A stretch of DNA of 64,000 bases from an uncultured virus (IMG/VR IMGVR_UViG_3300013004_000028). Its lineage: Duplodnaviria; Heunggongvirae; Uroviricota; Caudoviricetes. The first letter of the stretch is position 1. Each line of letters opens with the position of its first letter. The DNA is taken from IMG/VR virus record IMGVR_UViG_3300013004_000028; one strand, given 5' to 3'. Positions 8,492 through 17,453 of the stretch are shown here, in pieces. Under the pieces are notes generated by a model, which was not told where the DNA came from, did not search any database, and saw only the letters and a program-made list of their open reading frames with translations. The translations under genes and the position numbers were made by a program.

Positions 8492-8731
8492 ATGAAACTA
8501 TCTAAACTGATTAAGGTTTTGCAAAATGCGAAAAAAGAACTAGGGGACGTTCCTGTTATGGTGATGGATGAAGAAATGGGGAGTTGGGAATATCTCTCTG
8601 AGGTTCTCAAACTTCATCCTTATACTGGACCTTACGGGTGTATGGATAGAACCAAACCCGCAGATTCGATTGGCCTTGTTAGAAATAAAGGTTTCTCATC
8701 TAAAGACCTGCTACTAGGACAGAGAGATTAA
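8492..8731 (+). CDS. Hypothetical protein
   Basis: 79 aa; leaderless promoter at 8459; N-terminus resembles 4919..5191. Confidence 0.78.
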   Translation: MKLSKLIKVLQNAKKELGDVPVMVMDEEMGSWEYLSEVLKLHPYTGPYGCMDRTKPADSIGLVRNKGFSSKDLLLGQRD

Positions 8732-8784
8732 AAAGAATTGAAAATATCCGTTGCATCTATCCTAAAGTGTGATATAGTAAAGTC

Positions 8785-9063
8785 GTGAAAGATGATCTTC
8801 TTTACATACCTCGCCTTGCTGAACTTTACGATTGGTTTCGTATTGAGGAACAGAATGGTGAGATGATTGCTTGCGGTGGAATATTTCCAGCTTATGAGAT
8901 AAAGGCTGGCCAGCGATGGCAAGGTTCTAGTGGTCACACTGTTCTAGTCGATGAAGTGGATTCCTATTCAGTTCATTACTCATGGGACGAACAGGGAGTA
9001 AAGAAAACCCATAAAAAATCCCACTTCGCTTTCCAGTGCCGGTATTGTCTTGTTTTATCCTAA
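8785..9063 (+). CDS. Hypothetical protein
   Basis: GTG 6 nt after TATAGT; C-terminal FAFQCRY. Confidence 0.75.
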   Translation: MKDDLLYIPRLAELYDWFRIEEQNGEMIACGGIFPAYEIKAGQRWQGSSGHTVLVDEVDSYSVHYSWDEQGVKKTHKKSHFAFQCRYCLVLS

Positions 9064-9080
9064 TCTAACCTAATAACAAA

Positions 9081-9329
9081 ATGAAAGTTGAAATTGTCAC
9101 ATCATACAGAGTATTCTCATCTGCCTTTATCGACCTCCCTATTGAAAATATAAAGGAAATTAAAGATTACTTTATAATCGACAATGTTTTGCATTACTCA
9201 TTGAAAGATGAAAAATGGGAAAAAATCACCTTGCCAGAGGGTGAGGATGAATTCGAAAAATCTAGTGAAGTGAAATTCTATAGTGCTGAGTCTCACCAAA
9301 CAGTAATGAAAATGTCTAAGTCTATCTAA
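9081..9329 (+). CDS. Hypothetical protein, paralog of 7758..8000
   Basis: 82 aa; sequence similarity seen by eye. Confidence 0.8.
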   Translation: MKVEIVTSYRVFSSAFIDLPIENIKEIKDYFIIDNVLHYSLKDEKWEKITLPEGEDEFEKSSEVKFYSAESHQTVMKMSKSI

Positions 9330-9358
9330 GTCAAGCTCCTCCTCCCCCTAAGGGGGAG

Positions 9359-9403
9359 TAGGGGATTCCCCTACGCGGCGTCCCCGGCTAGGGGATTCCC
9401 CTA
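9359..9403. repeat. Inter-cassette element core, copy 13
   Basis: Same palindrome-core-palindrome. Confidence 0.92.
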
Positions 9404-9508
9404 TAGCGTCTTAGGGTTGACTTGGCACGCCGCCTGCTTATGCAAAGAAAATTGAAAACAATTGAAAATATCCGTTGCTCTTTTCCTTCCCTGTGATATA
9501 CTAATTAC

Positions 9509-9703
9509 ATGAGAACACGATTCGAAAAACTAGACTTCCTGATTGAAAATTGCAACGAGACTTTTGTTAAAGAGTGCGTACTCTTGACCGAGCTCGTAGG
9601 CTATATGTCGGATTCCGACTTCTCCGACTTTTTTGACAAAGTTTGTAGGGAGTGGGACATTCGCATAGGACTTTATTGGGACAGTACAGAAGAAACTGAA
9701 TAA
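9509..9703 (+). CDS. Hypothetical protein, paralog of 5406..5633
   Basis: 64 aa; promoter also near-identical to that at 5372. Confidence 0.85.
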   Translation: MRTRFEKLDFLIENCNETFVKECVLLTELVGYMSDSDFSDFFDKVCREWDIRIGLYWDSTEETE

Positions 9704-9733
9704 AAGTCAAGCGCCGCCTCCCCGAAAGGGGAG

Positions 9734-9778
9734 TAGGGGATTCCCCTACGCGGCGTCCCCGGCTAGGGGATTCCCCTA
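9734..9778. repeat. Inter-cassette element core, copy 14
   Basis: Same palindrome-core-palindrome. Confidence 0.92.
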
Positions 9779-9923
9779 GGATGCTTTAGTAGATTACCCT
9801 AGGGTAGCTTAGGGTTGACAAATTTTTAGGCAAAGTTGGCACGCCTTCTGCTATGCAAAGAAAAATGCAATTAATCGAAAGTATTTGTTGATTGATTGCT
9901 TAATAGGGTTATTGTGTGGGACT

Positions 9924-10937
9924 ATGAATAAAGAAATTGCATCTTGCTTCTCCTCCGTCGTTGGCCAATCCCAGATTGTCGCCAATCGTATCCTGTCCCA
10001 TAGCGCCTTCGCTGCGGGCAATAATTCGCCCTATAGCGTTTGTTACACCGGAGCTGCGGGCTTAGGTAAAACTCAATTGCTCCGCGCGGAGTTAGCGGCC
10101 CGCGCCATGGCAATCCAGATTCGATTTGGACGTGAAGCCAATGTTTTCATGCTCCGGTCACCTCAGGAAATCCGCCTTGCTGGCGAGGCATTCTTTGAGT
10201 TTATCGGCAATGTCTCGGACGGTGACGGCGTTGTTATCGACGAGCTTCATGAGATTGAAATCTCGTCTACCGTTCAACTCCGGAAACTTAAGCTCATCTT
10301 GAAGGGCTTGCTTGACAACGGGCAAGGCAAAATCCGTTCCGTGAAGATTGACGATGATACGGTCATCTCCCGGCCTAAAGAGGAAATCTTTTTCGCCGCT
10401 GGCACTAACTTCCCAGAGAAAATCAAGGACGGTTCCGCCATCATCTCCCGGTTTGGTGGAGAGACGCCGCTGGACCTTTATACAGAGGATGAATTGACCA
10501 AAATTCTTAAACTCATGAGTGAGTCCGCCGGGCTTCGTGTGAACGAGAATACGCTTCTCCTTCTCGCCAAGTGTGGCCGTGGAACTGCCCGCCCACTAGA
10601 ATCAATCGTTAGCTACCTTAGCAAAGTAGCATCAATCTCAGAGAAGACGACTATCAATCGCGCGGAGGCACTAGAGGCAATGCGGGCTTTGAGTTTGTTT
10701 CCCCTTGGCGTTTCAAAGCGGGAAATCTCAATCCTTATCCGCAGCAAGGGCCAAGGCTTAGCGGTCAGAATGTTGCCAGTGATTTTTGCCGTCGAGCCGA
10801 AATCAGTCAATCAAAGCGTTAGCTTTCTTTGTGCTTATGGCTTCCTCAGCCTACGGGGCGGAGTTGTCAATCTGTCCCCTCGCGGCGCGGCCTACTTGGA
10901 CCAGTTAAAGGCTGAAAAGTTCTCTTTAGAATCCTAG
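9924..10937 (+). CDS. ruvB: RuvB-like AAA+ Holliday-junction branch-migration ATPase
   Basis: VVGQ, Walker A GAAGLGKT, Walker B VIDELH, SRFG, LDLY..DEL, GRGTAR sensor 2, C-terminal SPRG; start at 9924 from the leaderless promoter at 9888. Confidence 0.8.
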   Translation: MNKEIASCFSSVVGQSQIVANRILSHSAFAAGNNSPYSVCYTGAAGLGKTQLLRAELAARAMAIQIRFGREANVFMLRSPQEIRLAGEAFFEFIGNVSDGDGVVIDELHEIEISSTVQLRKLKLILKGLLDNGQGKIRSVKIDDDTVISRPKEEIFFAAGTNFPEKIKDGSAIISRFGGETPLDLYTEDELTKILKLMSESAGLRVNENTLLLLAKCGRGTARPLESIVSYLSKVASISEKTTINRAEALEAMRALSLFPLGVSKREISILIRSKGQGLAVRMLPVIFAVEPKSVNQSVSFLCAYGFLSLRGGVVNLSPRGAAYLDQLKAEKFSLES

Positions 10938-10976
10938 GCCTTTTATCCCTCCCTTCTTTCTTACCTTACTTACCTT

Positions 10977-11303
10977 ATGAATGTTTCAATCTCCTACTCG
11001 CCATCGTCTCTCTCAGATTTTCTCGCCGCTTTGGAAGCGGTAAAAGGCATGAACGGGAAAAGCGTTTCCGTTTCGCCAGCTTCTCTGAACTGTCCTGTTT
11101 CAAAGTACGTAGAAAAAACTGGAGCTTCCCGTTACCGTCGCACTCCGGAAGGTTGCCAATCCGGGCTTTCTAATTTGGACGACCTGAAAAAGCGGGCTTT
11201 GCTAGGCGACGCCATAGCGGCAGAATGTCTAGGCGACGAAATCCCGGAAAGTGATTCTGAGTTGTCAAGCGAAGATAATTCGCCGATTGAAGCGATTTTC
11301 TAA
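10977..11303 (+). CDS. Hypothetical protein, probably co-transcribed with the RuvB-like gene
   Basis: 108 aa, acidic tail; followed by a terminator. Confidence 0.75.
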   Translation: MNVSISYSPSSLSDFLAALEAVKGMNGKSVSVSPASLNCPVSKYVEKTGASRYRRTPEGCQSGLSNLDDLKKRALLGDAIAAECLGDEIPESDSELSSEDNSPIEAIF

Positions 11304-11313
11304 TTGACAGGAA

Positions 11314-11345
11314 AGGGCGGCTGATTTTCAGCCGCTCTTTTTTTT
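11314..11345 (+). terminator. Rho-independent terminator
   Basis: AGGGCGGCTGA-TTT-TCAGCCGCTCT followed by a T-tract. Confidence 0.85.
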
Positions 11346-11392
11346 GCATTGTCAACCCTTAATCTACCCTAGAGGAATCCATTAGAGCACCC

Positions 11393-11437
11393 TAGGGGAA
11401 TCCCCTAGCCGGGGACGCCGCGTAGGGGAATCCCCTA
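11393..11437. repeat. Inter-cassette element core, copy 15 (whole element reversed)
   Basis: GTCAACCCTTAA at 11351, then TAGGGGAATCCCCTA-GCCGGGGACGCCGCG-TAGGGGAATCCCCTA. Confidence 0.9.
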
Positions 11438-11519
11438 GTAAGGCCTAAGGTTTACATCTTAATGAAACATAATACACCTTATTCATCCCCCCCCCATAAG
11501 GGGGAGGTATTTTGATATG

Positions 11520-12218
11520 TTACACCTGCACCACGAAACCAGAGTTGTCTTTTCTGGCTTTGCCTTTATCGACAAGCCCAACCACCACGCCCCTAGTGTC
11601 GAGGAAACGAAGGTCATTCTTGTCACCGTTCACAACCGGCGTTCCATGCCAGCTCTCGGGCAGTGAGCGACGGAAAACAACCGCCACGTTTCCACCTCGT
11701 GAGCGGATGGCGTGAACGTGCCGCTCGTTTGACTCACTGCGGGAGAATGTCAAACTGTAGTTGGCGGGCATTTTCCCGTCGAGAAAATCCATCATGCGTT
11801 TGTACCCCTTGGTGTAATCGTACCAAGTAACCTCAGGGAAAAGCTCGAACAAGTTTTTCCCGTCCTGAACGTCGAGCGATTCCCACGGGATATCGCTGGT
11901 AAGGTTAAGCCGGATGGCCAACCGCATCCCATTTTTCTTGGCTTTCTTAATAGCCGCTTGAATTTCCTTAATTAGTTGTTTAGAGAATAGGTCAAAATTC
12001 TCCTTCAAGAGTTTAGTCTTGGCGATTCTAGCCGCTTGAACCGTCGAGAATGCACCATGGCCTGAGGTGTTTAAACAGGAGAAGGTGCAACCACGGCTCG
12101 CCCAAGTGCATACGTTATAACCCGACAGATTGGCGGGAGCCAAATGGATGCCGAGAGTCGTCCAGCCTTCCTTCGTGCCCTTCATGATTTTTGCGTTCGC
12201 CGTAGTGAGTAATTTCAT
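11520..12218 (-). CDS. Gp88-like phage protein
   Basis: NVC..AS.GC...CL, RLN.TSDI.WE, YDYTK, LTFS.SE.N, GD..DLRFLD motifs. Confidence 0.8.
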   Translation of the reverse strand: MKLLTTANAKIMKGTKEGWTTLGIHLAPANLSGYNVCTWASRGCTFSCLNTSGHGAFSTVQAARIAKTKLLKENFDLFSKQLIKEIQAAIKKAKKNGMRLAIRLNLTSDIPWESLDVQDGKNLFELFPEVTWYDYTKGYKRMMDFLDGKMPANYSLTFSRSESNERHVHAIRSRGGNVAVVFRRSLPESWHGTPVVNGDKNDLRFLDTRGVVVGLVDKGKARKDNSGFVVQV

Positions 12219-12346
12219 CGTTCACTATAATAGCCCGCTTTCCACCGATTGCAAATTTATTTTCGATTAATTCTACTTTTCTCACATAGCGGATAGCGTG
12301 CCAAGTCAACCCTTAATCAACCCTAGGGGAATCCATTAGAGCACCC

Positions 12347-12391
12347 TAGGGAAATCCCCTAGCCGGGGCCGCCGCATAGGGGAATCCCCTA
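12347..12391. repeat. Inter-cassette element core, copy 16 (reversed)
   Basis: TAGGGAAATCCCCTA-GCCGGGGCCGCCGCA-TAGGGGAATCCCCTA. Confidence 0.9.
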
Positions 12392-12572
12392 GTAGTCGTT
12401 AAGGTTAAAATTTACTTGACTTTTTAATATGCCTATCACCCCTAATAGGGTTTTATAGTAAATATAAAGTATTGAAAAATGCAATGCTCTCTATGGATAT
12501 TATAGTGGGCACTGAGATTGCGGAGACTATGGAGAGTATGGCAATAATAGTTATAGCCGCCATAAATAGCGT

Positions 12573-12792
12573 GCCCGCCTTATTAAGCGCCAAACCTCTT
12601 CGAAGTTGCAGCGCCACCTCCGCCCGCCTTATTAAGCGCCAAACCTCTTCGAAGTTGCAGCGCCACCTCCGCCCGCCTTATTAAGCACCAAACCTCTTCG
12701 AAGTTGCAGCGCCACCTCCGCCCGCCTTATTAAGCGCTAAACCTCTTCGAAGTTGCTAACGCCCCTTATTAAGGACGTTAGCTCTTCGAACT
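12573..12792. repeat. 49-bp tandem repeat (~4 copies) sharing the TATTAAG-N8-CTCTTCGAAGT core with the 73-bp family
   Basis: TATTAAG at 12581, 12630, 12679, 12728, then 12767. Confidence 0.93.
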
Positions 12793-12796
12793 TACC

Positions 12797-13096
12797 TCAC
12801 ATTCTTTCGTTACATTTGATACGGCTTACATATTTTGGGCCATCATTGTAATAGACCTGTAAGTCTTCTAATAGCTCCTGTAGAGTCTCATCAATTGATT
12901 CGTAGCTTTCTCGCTCAATAAATCCAGATATCAGAAAGCCGACATTACAATGACTCCCAAAAGCAATAAAACTTTTACTTTTATAAATTTCAAAATCATG
13001 CCATTCTCCTTCATTATCTTGAAACTCTATAATGCCAACATAACTGTCTTTTTCTTTTTGATAAGCTTCAAATATTTCAGTGATTTCGGTTTGCAT
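12797..13096 (-). CDS. Hypothetical protein
   Basis: 99 aa; C/A-rich leader. Confidence 0.8.
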   Translation of the reverse strand: MQTEITEIFEAYQKEKDSYVGIIEFQDNEGEWHDFEIYKSKSFIAFGSHCNVGFLISGFIERESYESIDETLQELLEDLQVYYNDGPKYVSRIKCNERM

Positions 13097-13166
13097 AGTA
13101 TGGTTGTTGTTGGGGTTGCCTTACAATGTCAGTATAGCACAGGAGAAGGGGAGGGTCAAGAAAATA

Positions 13167-13631
13167 TTAGTAATTGTTTTCGTTTACAATACCATCCTTG
13201 AAATCTTCGATATGTGAAACTACAGACCTGTCAATCATAGAAGTGATTTTGCTGATCTTTTCTTCTGTGACTACGTTGTCGAAAATAGTCCAAGAAACTA
13301 ACATGAAGTTAAGTTTGCTAATAAAGGTAATATCGGCGACTTTTCTGCCGTTGTATTCTTCTAGGGTGGAGAAGAAATATCCTTCGTGTCTTTCTGTTTC
13401 GGTTGAGCGCCGGACTACTACATCGCCGAAGGTGCGACGATCCCAGTGAGTAGGCGACTGGTTAAGCTTGCGATACTCTGATGCGAACAAAGCCGCATCC
13501 GAAAGATTGCTAAAAACAAAGTAGTTAAAAGTCTTTAGGACAGACTCGATACTGTTTATAACCACAACGAAGCCGTCAACTTCGTCGCTGAAGAATGGTG
13601 GTCGAATAAAGATTTCGCCGGAGTGATTCAT
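13167..13631 (-). CDS. Hypothetical protein
   Basis: 154 aa; TTGACC...TATATT promoter immediately upstream. Confidence 0.75.
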   Translation of the reverse strand: MNHSGEIFIRPPFFSDEVDGFVVVINSIESVLKTFNYFVFSNLSDAALFASEYRKLNQSPTHWDRRTFGDVVVRRSTETERHEGYFFSTLEEYNGRKVADITFISKLNFMLVSWTIFDNVVTEEKISKITSMIDRSVVSHIEDFKDGIVNENNY

Positions 13632-13690
13632 AGTAAATCAATATACCACAGAACAAAAGGAGGGTCAAGAAAAAAACTAAACTATTTTAA

Positions 13691-14197
13691 TCAGGAAGCC
13701 AAAATATACTTCTCTCCATTCATCCTGACTTCTTTGATATTGGATAGTTTATAGTTTCTTACCTTTACTTGCTTCTTACCCGTTACCCCTGCTCGTTCCT
13801 GTTTGGCGCTGGGCTTGGACTTGGTAAGATATTTATCGACGACTTCTTTGGCGACCTCTTCGCCATCAGCGACGAACTGAATCTTGACCGGCTTAGGTGC
13901 ATTGCGGAATACTGTGCGCAGCTGCATCTCGCCGTTATATTTAATTACTTTATTTACGACTACATATTCGCCGTAGGGCAATGGATCTGATTCAAAAGAT
14001 TCTGCTCCTTGTTTCAGGATGGCTTCTCTATATCTAGCCCCTGTGACGACTGTCTGGTGAACAATCTTTTTAATCTGTTTATAAGGATTGCCAGTCTTAT
14101 TTGCCTTCGGCTCAGTTTCAGTGAGGATGCCTAGAATTGTTGCTCCACGCCGGGCCGATAGCATTTCAACAAATTGTTTATGAGTGATTGTTTTCAT
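13691..14197 (-). CDS. Basic hypothetical phage protein
   Basis: 168 aa; KTGNPY motif. Confidence 0.8.
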   Translation of the reverse strand: MKTITHKQFVEMLSARRGATILGILTETEPKANKTGNPYKQIKKIVHQTVVTGARYREAILKQGAESFESDPLPYGEYVVVNKVIKYNGEMQLRTVFRNAPKPVKIQFVADGEEVAKEVVDKYLTKSKPSAKQERAGVTGKKQVKVRNYKLSNIKEVRMNGEKYILAS

Positions 14198-14315
14198 TTT
14201 ATCTATTTGGTTAATAGGGTTAATAGGAAGTGAAAGGAGAGATATGAACTACCTAAAGCTGACAAGTACATTATAAGACCTGCCAGCTCGAATGCAAACA
14301 AATTTTTCATTTGAT

Positions 14316-14534
14316 TTATCTTTTCTTCGTCCAGACTTTTAACTGAGCCTCTACTAGATCAGCGTCAGGGGGTGACTTACCTTTATTATCGACAATGGAA
14401 TAAGTCACACGGGCGTTCACTCCTTCTTTCAGCATAAGTTTTTTAGCGTGCCAATTTTGAGCGGCGACTGCATCCGCCAAAGAACGATGTTGAGAAATTT
14501 TAGAATTATCAGTAATGTTGTGAAGAGTGTACAT
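14316..14534 (-). CDS. Hypothetical protein
   Basis: 72 aa ORF. Confidence 0.7.
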   Translation of the reverse strand: MYTLHNITDNSKISQHRSLADAVAAQNWHAKKLMLKEGVNARVTYSIVDNKGKSPPDADLVEAQLKVWTKKR

Positions 14535-14605
14535 ATTCTTGTTTATTTTTAAATTAGATAATAGATTTAATTAGAGGGTGTGGGAGGACACCCCGTTTTT
14601 ATTGT

Positions 14606-15643
14606 TTAGCTGATCAAGGCCAGCTCACTACCCCGGCGAACCATTCGCTCAAATTCTCCCGGAGAAGTCAAGGCCGAGAATGCCCGAGTTTTCATTTTGC
14701 TACCTGATCCAAATTCTGAACTGACGAACTGAGCTTGCATACCCCGACCCGAATTAGAGTGAGTATAGAAGTCTGTCAAGGCAGAAAAGAGATCCAGTCG
14801 ATTTTCTCCAGAGTTTCCAGCTCCAGTCTTGAACAGATTAAACACCTCTTCGACATTGTTACGTGAGCGAGTAGAGAAGTCCTGAGCAGTTTCTGGGGCA
14901 ATGAACCCCGTCAAGAATTGTTCGGCAATACTGTCATTGACAGACTTGTGACCCAGTTCAGCCAGTTCAGCGCAGAACAAAGCCCGATTGCTAATGAGAT
15001 CCTCGATACCGCTGGAAACATTGACCAACGCAAGGCCGGAATTTTTGGTGTGCTTGACGGCGAACTTGATGCCTTGAGTTTTATTGTTGAAAGCGTTTAC
15101 GTTAAAGCTAAACGTATTAGCGCAAACTGTGCAAATAGAGCTGTCCAAGAACATCGCCTTACCCGAACCATCGTGAGTGGACAAAGCGTTGAGGTAGAAG
15201 TCGAACTGACGATTACCAACCATAAAGGTTTTACCTTCGTTCAATTCGATTGAGATAAAGACTTTAGTGCGGTCGCAAACGGAACCGATAGAAGCGACTT
15301 TGAACTTCACGTTGCAATCCTCCAGACCCGAAACCAGAGTGTCAAACAAGTCTTTATTTTGAATGATGCCGTAACTACCGCTGACAGCGTTACCGATAGG
15401 GAGACCATCATCAGAAGAAACGATTGCGTCTTGATGGAACTTGACTGAGGTGCCATCCAAAGAAGTATTCAGAAACAAAGGCCGCCGCTCTAGTTCCCAG
15501 TTAAGAGGAGACTTTTCAAAAGTGATTTCCTGCTGAACGTCCGTCAGACCATGCCAAGCCTGAAAGGTTCCCATCTGAGCGTCGCGGTTTTCGATTTGGT
15601 GAGCCATAATAGTAATTGAGTTTGTTGTTGTTTGTTGCTGCAT
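14606..15643 (-). CDS. DUF932/DUF945-like phage protein
   Basis: MAH.IE, WHGL, Y.IIQN..F, THDGS, VCANT, KHT.N motifs; true start may be 15607. Confidence 0.85.
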   Translation of the reverse strand: MQQQTTTNSITIMAHQIENRDAQMGTFQAWHGLTDVQQEITFEKSPLNWELERRPLFLNTSLDGTSVKFHQDAIVSSDDGLPIGNAVSGSYGIIQNKDLFDTLVSGLEDCNVKFKVASIGSVCDRTKVFISIELNEGKTFMVGNRQFDFYLNALSTHDGSGKAMFLDSSICTVCANTFSFNVNAFNNKTQGIKFAVKHTKNSGLALVNVSSGIEDLISNRALFCAELAELGHKSVNDSIAEQFLTGFIAPETAQDFSTRSRNNVEEVFNLFKTGAGNSGENRLDLFSALTDFYTHSNSGRGMQAQFVSSEFGSGSKMKTRAFSALTSPGEFERMVRRGSELALIS

Positions 15644-15775
15644 CGTGCAGCTGAGATCAGTATAAGCGATTAAAAATAATCCGCAAGTTTTTTTTTCGTT
15701 TTTTTTACTTTTTTATTTCCACTCTCTATTAGACTATTCTTAATCAGATAGAGAGCGTTAAGGGGATTAGCCCTT

Positions 15776-15985
15776 CTATTTGCCTTTATTGTTGCGGCGA
15801 TTAAGCTCGTCCGCGAATGTCAACCCTTGATCGACATAATAGTTTTCCTTATTCGGTTGCGGGTGGGTTGCCATCGCCCTAGCGGCTTCTTGACAATCCT
15901 TGATTACATACCGCAGGGAGCATTCGCTCAGAGTCTTGGCTTTTTTAGTCCAGAAGATGAAGTCTTGTGATGTTGCGTTGTTCAT
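15776..15985 (-). CDS. Hypothetical protein, paralog of 228..431
   Basis: 69 aa; leaderless promoter TTGCAG-16-TATACT. Confidence 0.85.
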   Translation of the reverse strand: MNNATSQDFIFWTKKAKTLSECSLRYVIKDCQEAARAMATHPQPNKENYYVDQGLTFADELNRRNNKGK

Positions 15986-16080
15986 GACCTCAGTATAAGC
16001 GATTAAAAATAATCTGCAAATTCTTTTTTCGTTTTTTTAATCTTTTTTTTATTCAGCTTAAAGGGAGGGTAAATAGCTAA

Positions 16081-16377
16081 TCATTTAGCCGTACAATGAA
16101 AATAATCCCGAATAGGGCTGTCATCATCCGTATGTTTATAGTCGAACGAAACCTCAACACCCTGAGATTGAAAATACTCAACGGCCAATGGTAAATCACA
16201 ATCCTCCTCCAGAAAAAGAACGTCCCTCTTCCAGTAGGAATATGGAGAAATCTTTCGCCGCACTTCTTTAGGCAGCAGTTCCATGCGGACTTCACCCCAG
16301 CTATGGCCGGGGTCGCAATGACGGGTGATTTTGAGACTCTTGATGTTCATAGTATAGTAGGTTTGAATTACCGACAC
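16081..16377 (-). CDS. Conserved phage hypothetical protein
   Basis: H.DPGH.W...IS.YSY...LEEDCD motif. Confidence 0.8.
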   Translation of the reverse strand: MSVIQTYYTMNIKSLKITRHCDPGHSWGEVRMELLPKEVRRKISPYSYWKRDVLFLEEDCDLPLAVEYFQSQGVEVSFDYKHTDDDSPIRDYFHCTAK

Positions 16378-16486
16378 ATGATCGGTGTCCCCCTACTATA
16401 ATCTAATCAGAAAAAGAATCAACACTTTTTTTCAATCTTTTTTCTTTTGTACCTGATCCCCTTAATAGAATCTAATTAGCAAATAG

Positions 16487-16524
16487 AAAAAGGGGACCCC
16501 CAGACACTCATCTGAAGATCCCCA
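16487..16524 (-). terminator. Rho-independent terminator
   Basis: GGGGATCTTCAGA...TCTGGGGGTCCCC followed by TTTTT on the minus strand. Confidence 0.65.
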
Positions 16525-16561
16525 ATCCGGCTTTTTTATGAATAATTTTATGCCGAAATTT

Positions 16562-17050
16562 TTATTCTTCTTCTACATACAGTACCTGATCTTCAAGACC
16601 GAGGTTCTCAAGAATCTTCATCCCCACAATATCTGTGGCGAAGAAATCTTCCTCCTCGATTAGTTCTCCGTCCCGAAAGGTTTCCGTTCCTACAAAATTG
16701 ATCCCCTCATCAGCGAATTGATTAAAGAAAGTTAAGGAGGGAAATAGAGCGCTTACATTCTCAAGAAAAACAGTCGGCGGATTCCAGCAGCTCATAAAAG
16801 GAATCACAGCTTTGTCGTCGAAGATTTCCCACGGGGTACTGTCGTCGTTATAAGGATCATATTCAGTTCCCCAGTTCTCCAGCTTCCAATCATTAATCTT
16901 TAAAGGCAATTCATTTTTTAATTCTTCCGGTACAGGAAGTAGAGCTTCGAAGGAGAAGATAGCTTCTTCTTTTGCTGATTTAGAAATGAACTCCCGAATA
17001 TCAAAATCAGGACCATAAACTTGCAAAATATTATAAACGTATTGAGGCAT
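16562..17050 (-). CDS. YubB/DUF1281-like ferredoxin-fold protein
   Basis: MP.Y.YN.L, FSF..L.PVPEEL, W..ENWGT, W.PP motifs. Confidence 0.75.
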   Translation of the reverse strand: MPQYVYNILQVYGPDFDIREFISKSAKEEAIFSFEALLPVPEELKNELPLKINDWKLENWGTEYDPYNDDSTPWEIFDDKAVIPFMSCWNPPTVFLENVSALFPSLTFFNQFADEGINFVGTETFRDGELIEEEDFFATDIVGMKILENLGLEDQVLYVEEE

Positions 17051-17142
17051 ATTGTTATATTATGTTATTAAGGGCTGAAACTCTTGCAACTTTATTTTTT
17101 TATTATTAAGTAAAAATCTCTTCGAAGTTAATATTATTGTTA

Positions 17143-17415
17143 TTAAGTTTCAAGCATTTCGAAATCTCCAGTCGGATTCGGAGCCCAAGAAATATATCCA
17201 CCCCAAAATTTTTTCGCGTTATTAATAAAACTACTTAATTCTTTTGATTTTTTAGATTCTCTAAATCCAGCGTTAGATATATAAGGAGTTCCATTCTCTA
17301 CCCATTTTTCCCGACTTGCGACGGAATCAAAACGGAAAACTCTCCACAAAGGTTTAACCTCGTCCCATACATCCTTTCCATAAACCCACTGCACTGCATA
17401 ATGATATTTTTTCAT
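17143..17415 (-). CDS. Hypothetical protein
   Basis: 90 aa; preceded by the TTCGAAGAG-N7-CTTAATA motif. Confidence 0.75.
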   Translation of the reverse strand: MKKYHYAVQWVYGKDVWDEVKPLWRVFRFDSVASREKWVENGTPYISNAGFRESKKSKELSSFINNAKKFWGGYISWAPNPTGDFEMLET

Positions 17416-17453
17416 TTTTTATTATTAAGTAAAAATCTCTTCGAAGTTGAATA

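Noticed and set aside
12472..12684. 70-aa plus-strand ORF
   Set aside because: It runs into the 49-bp tandem repeat and has no recognisable features.
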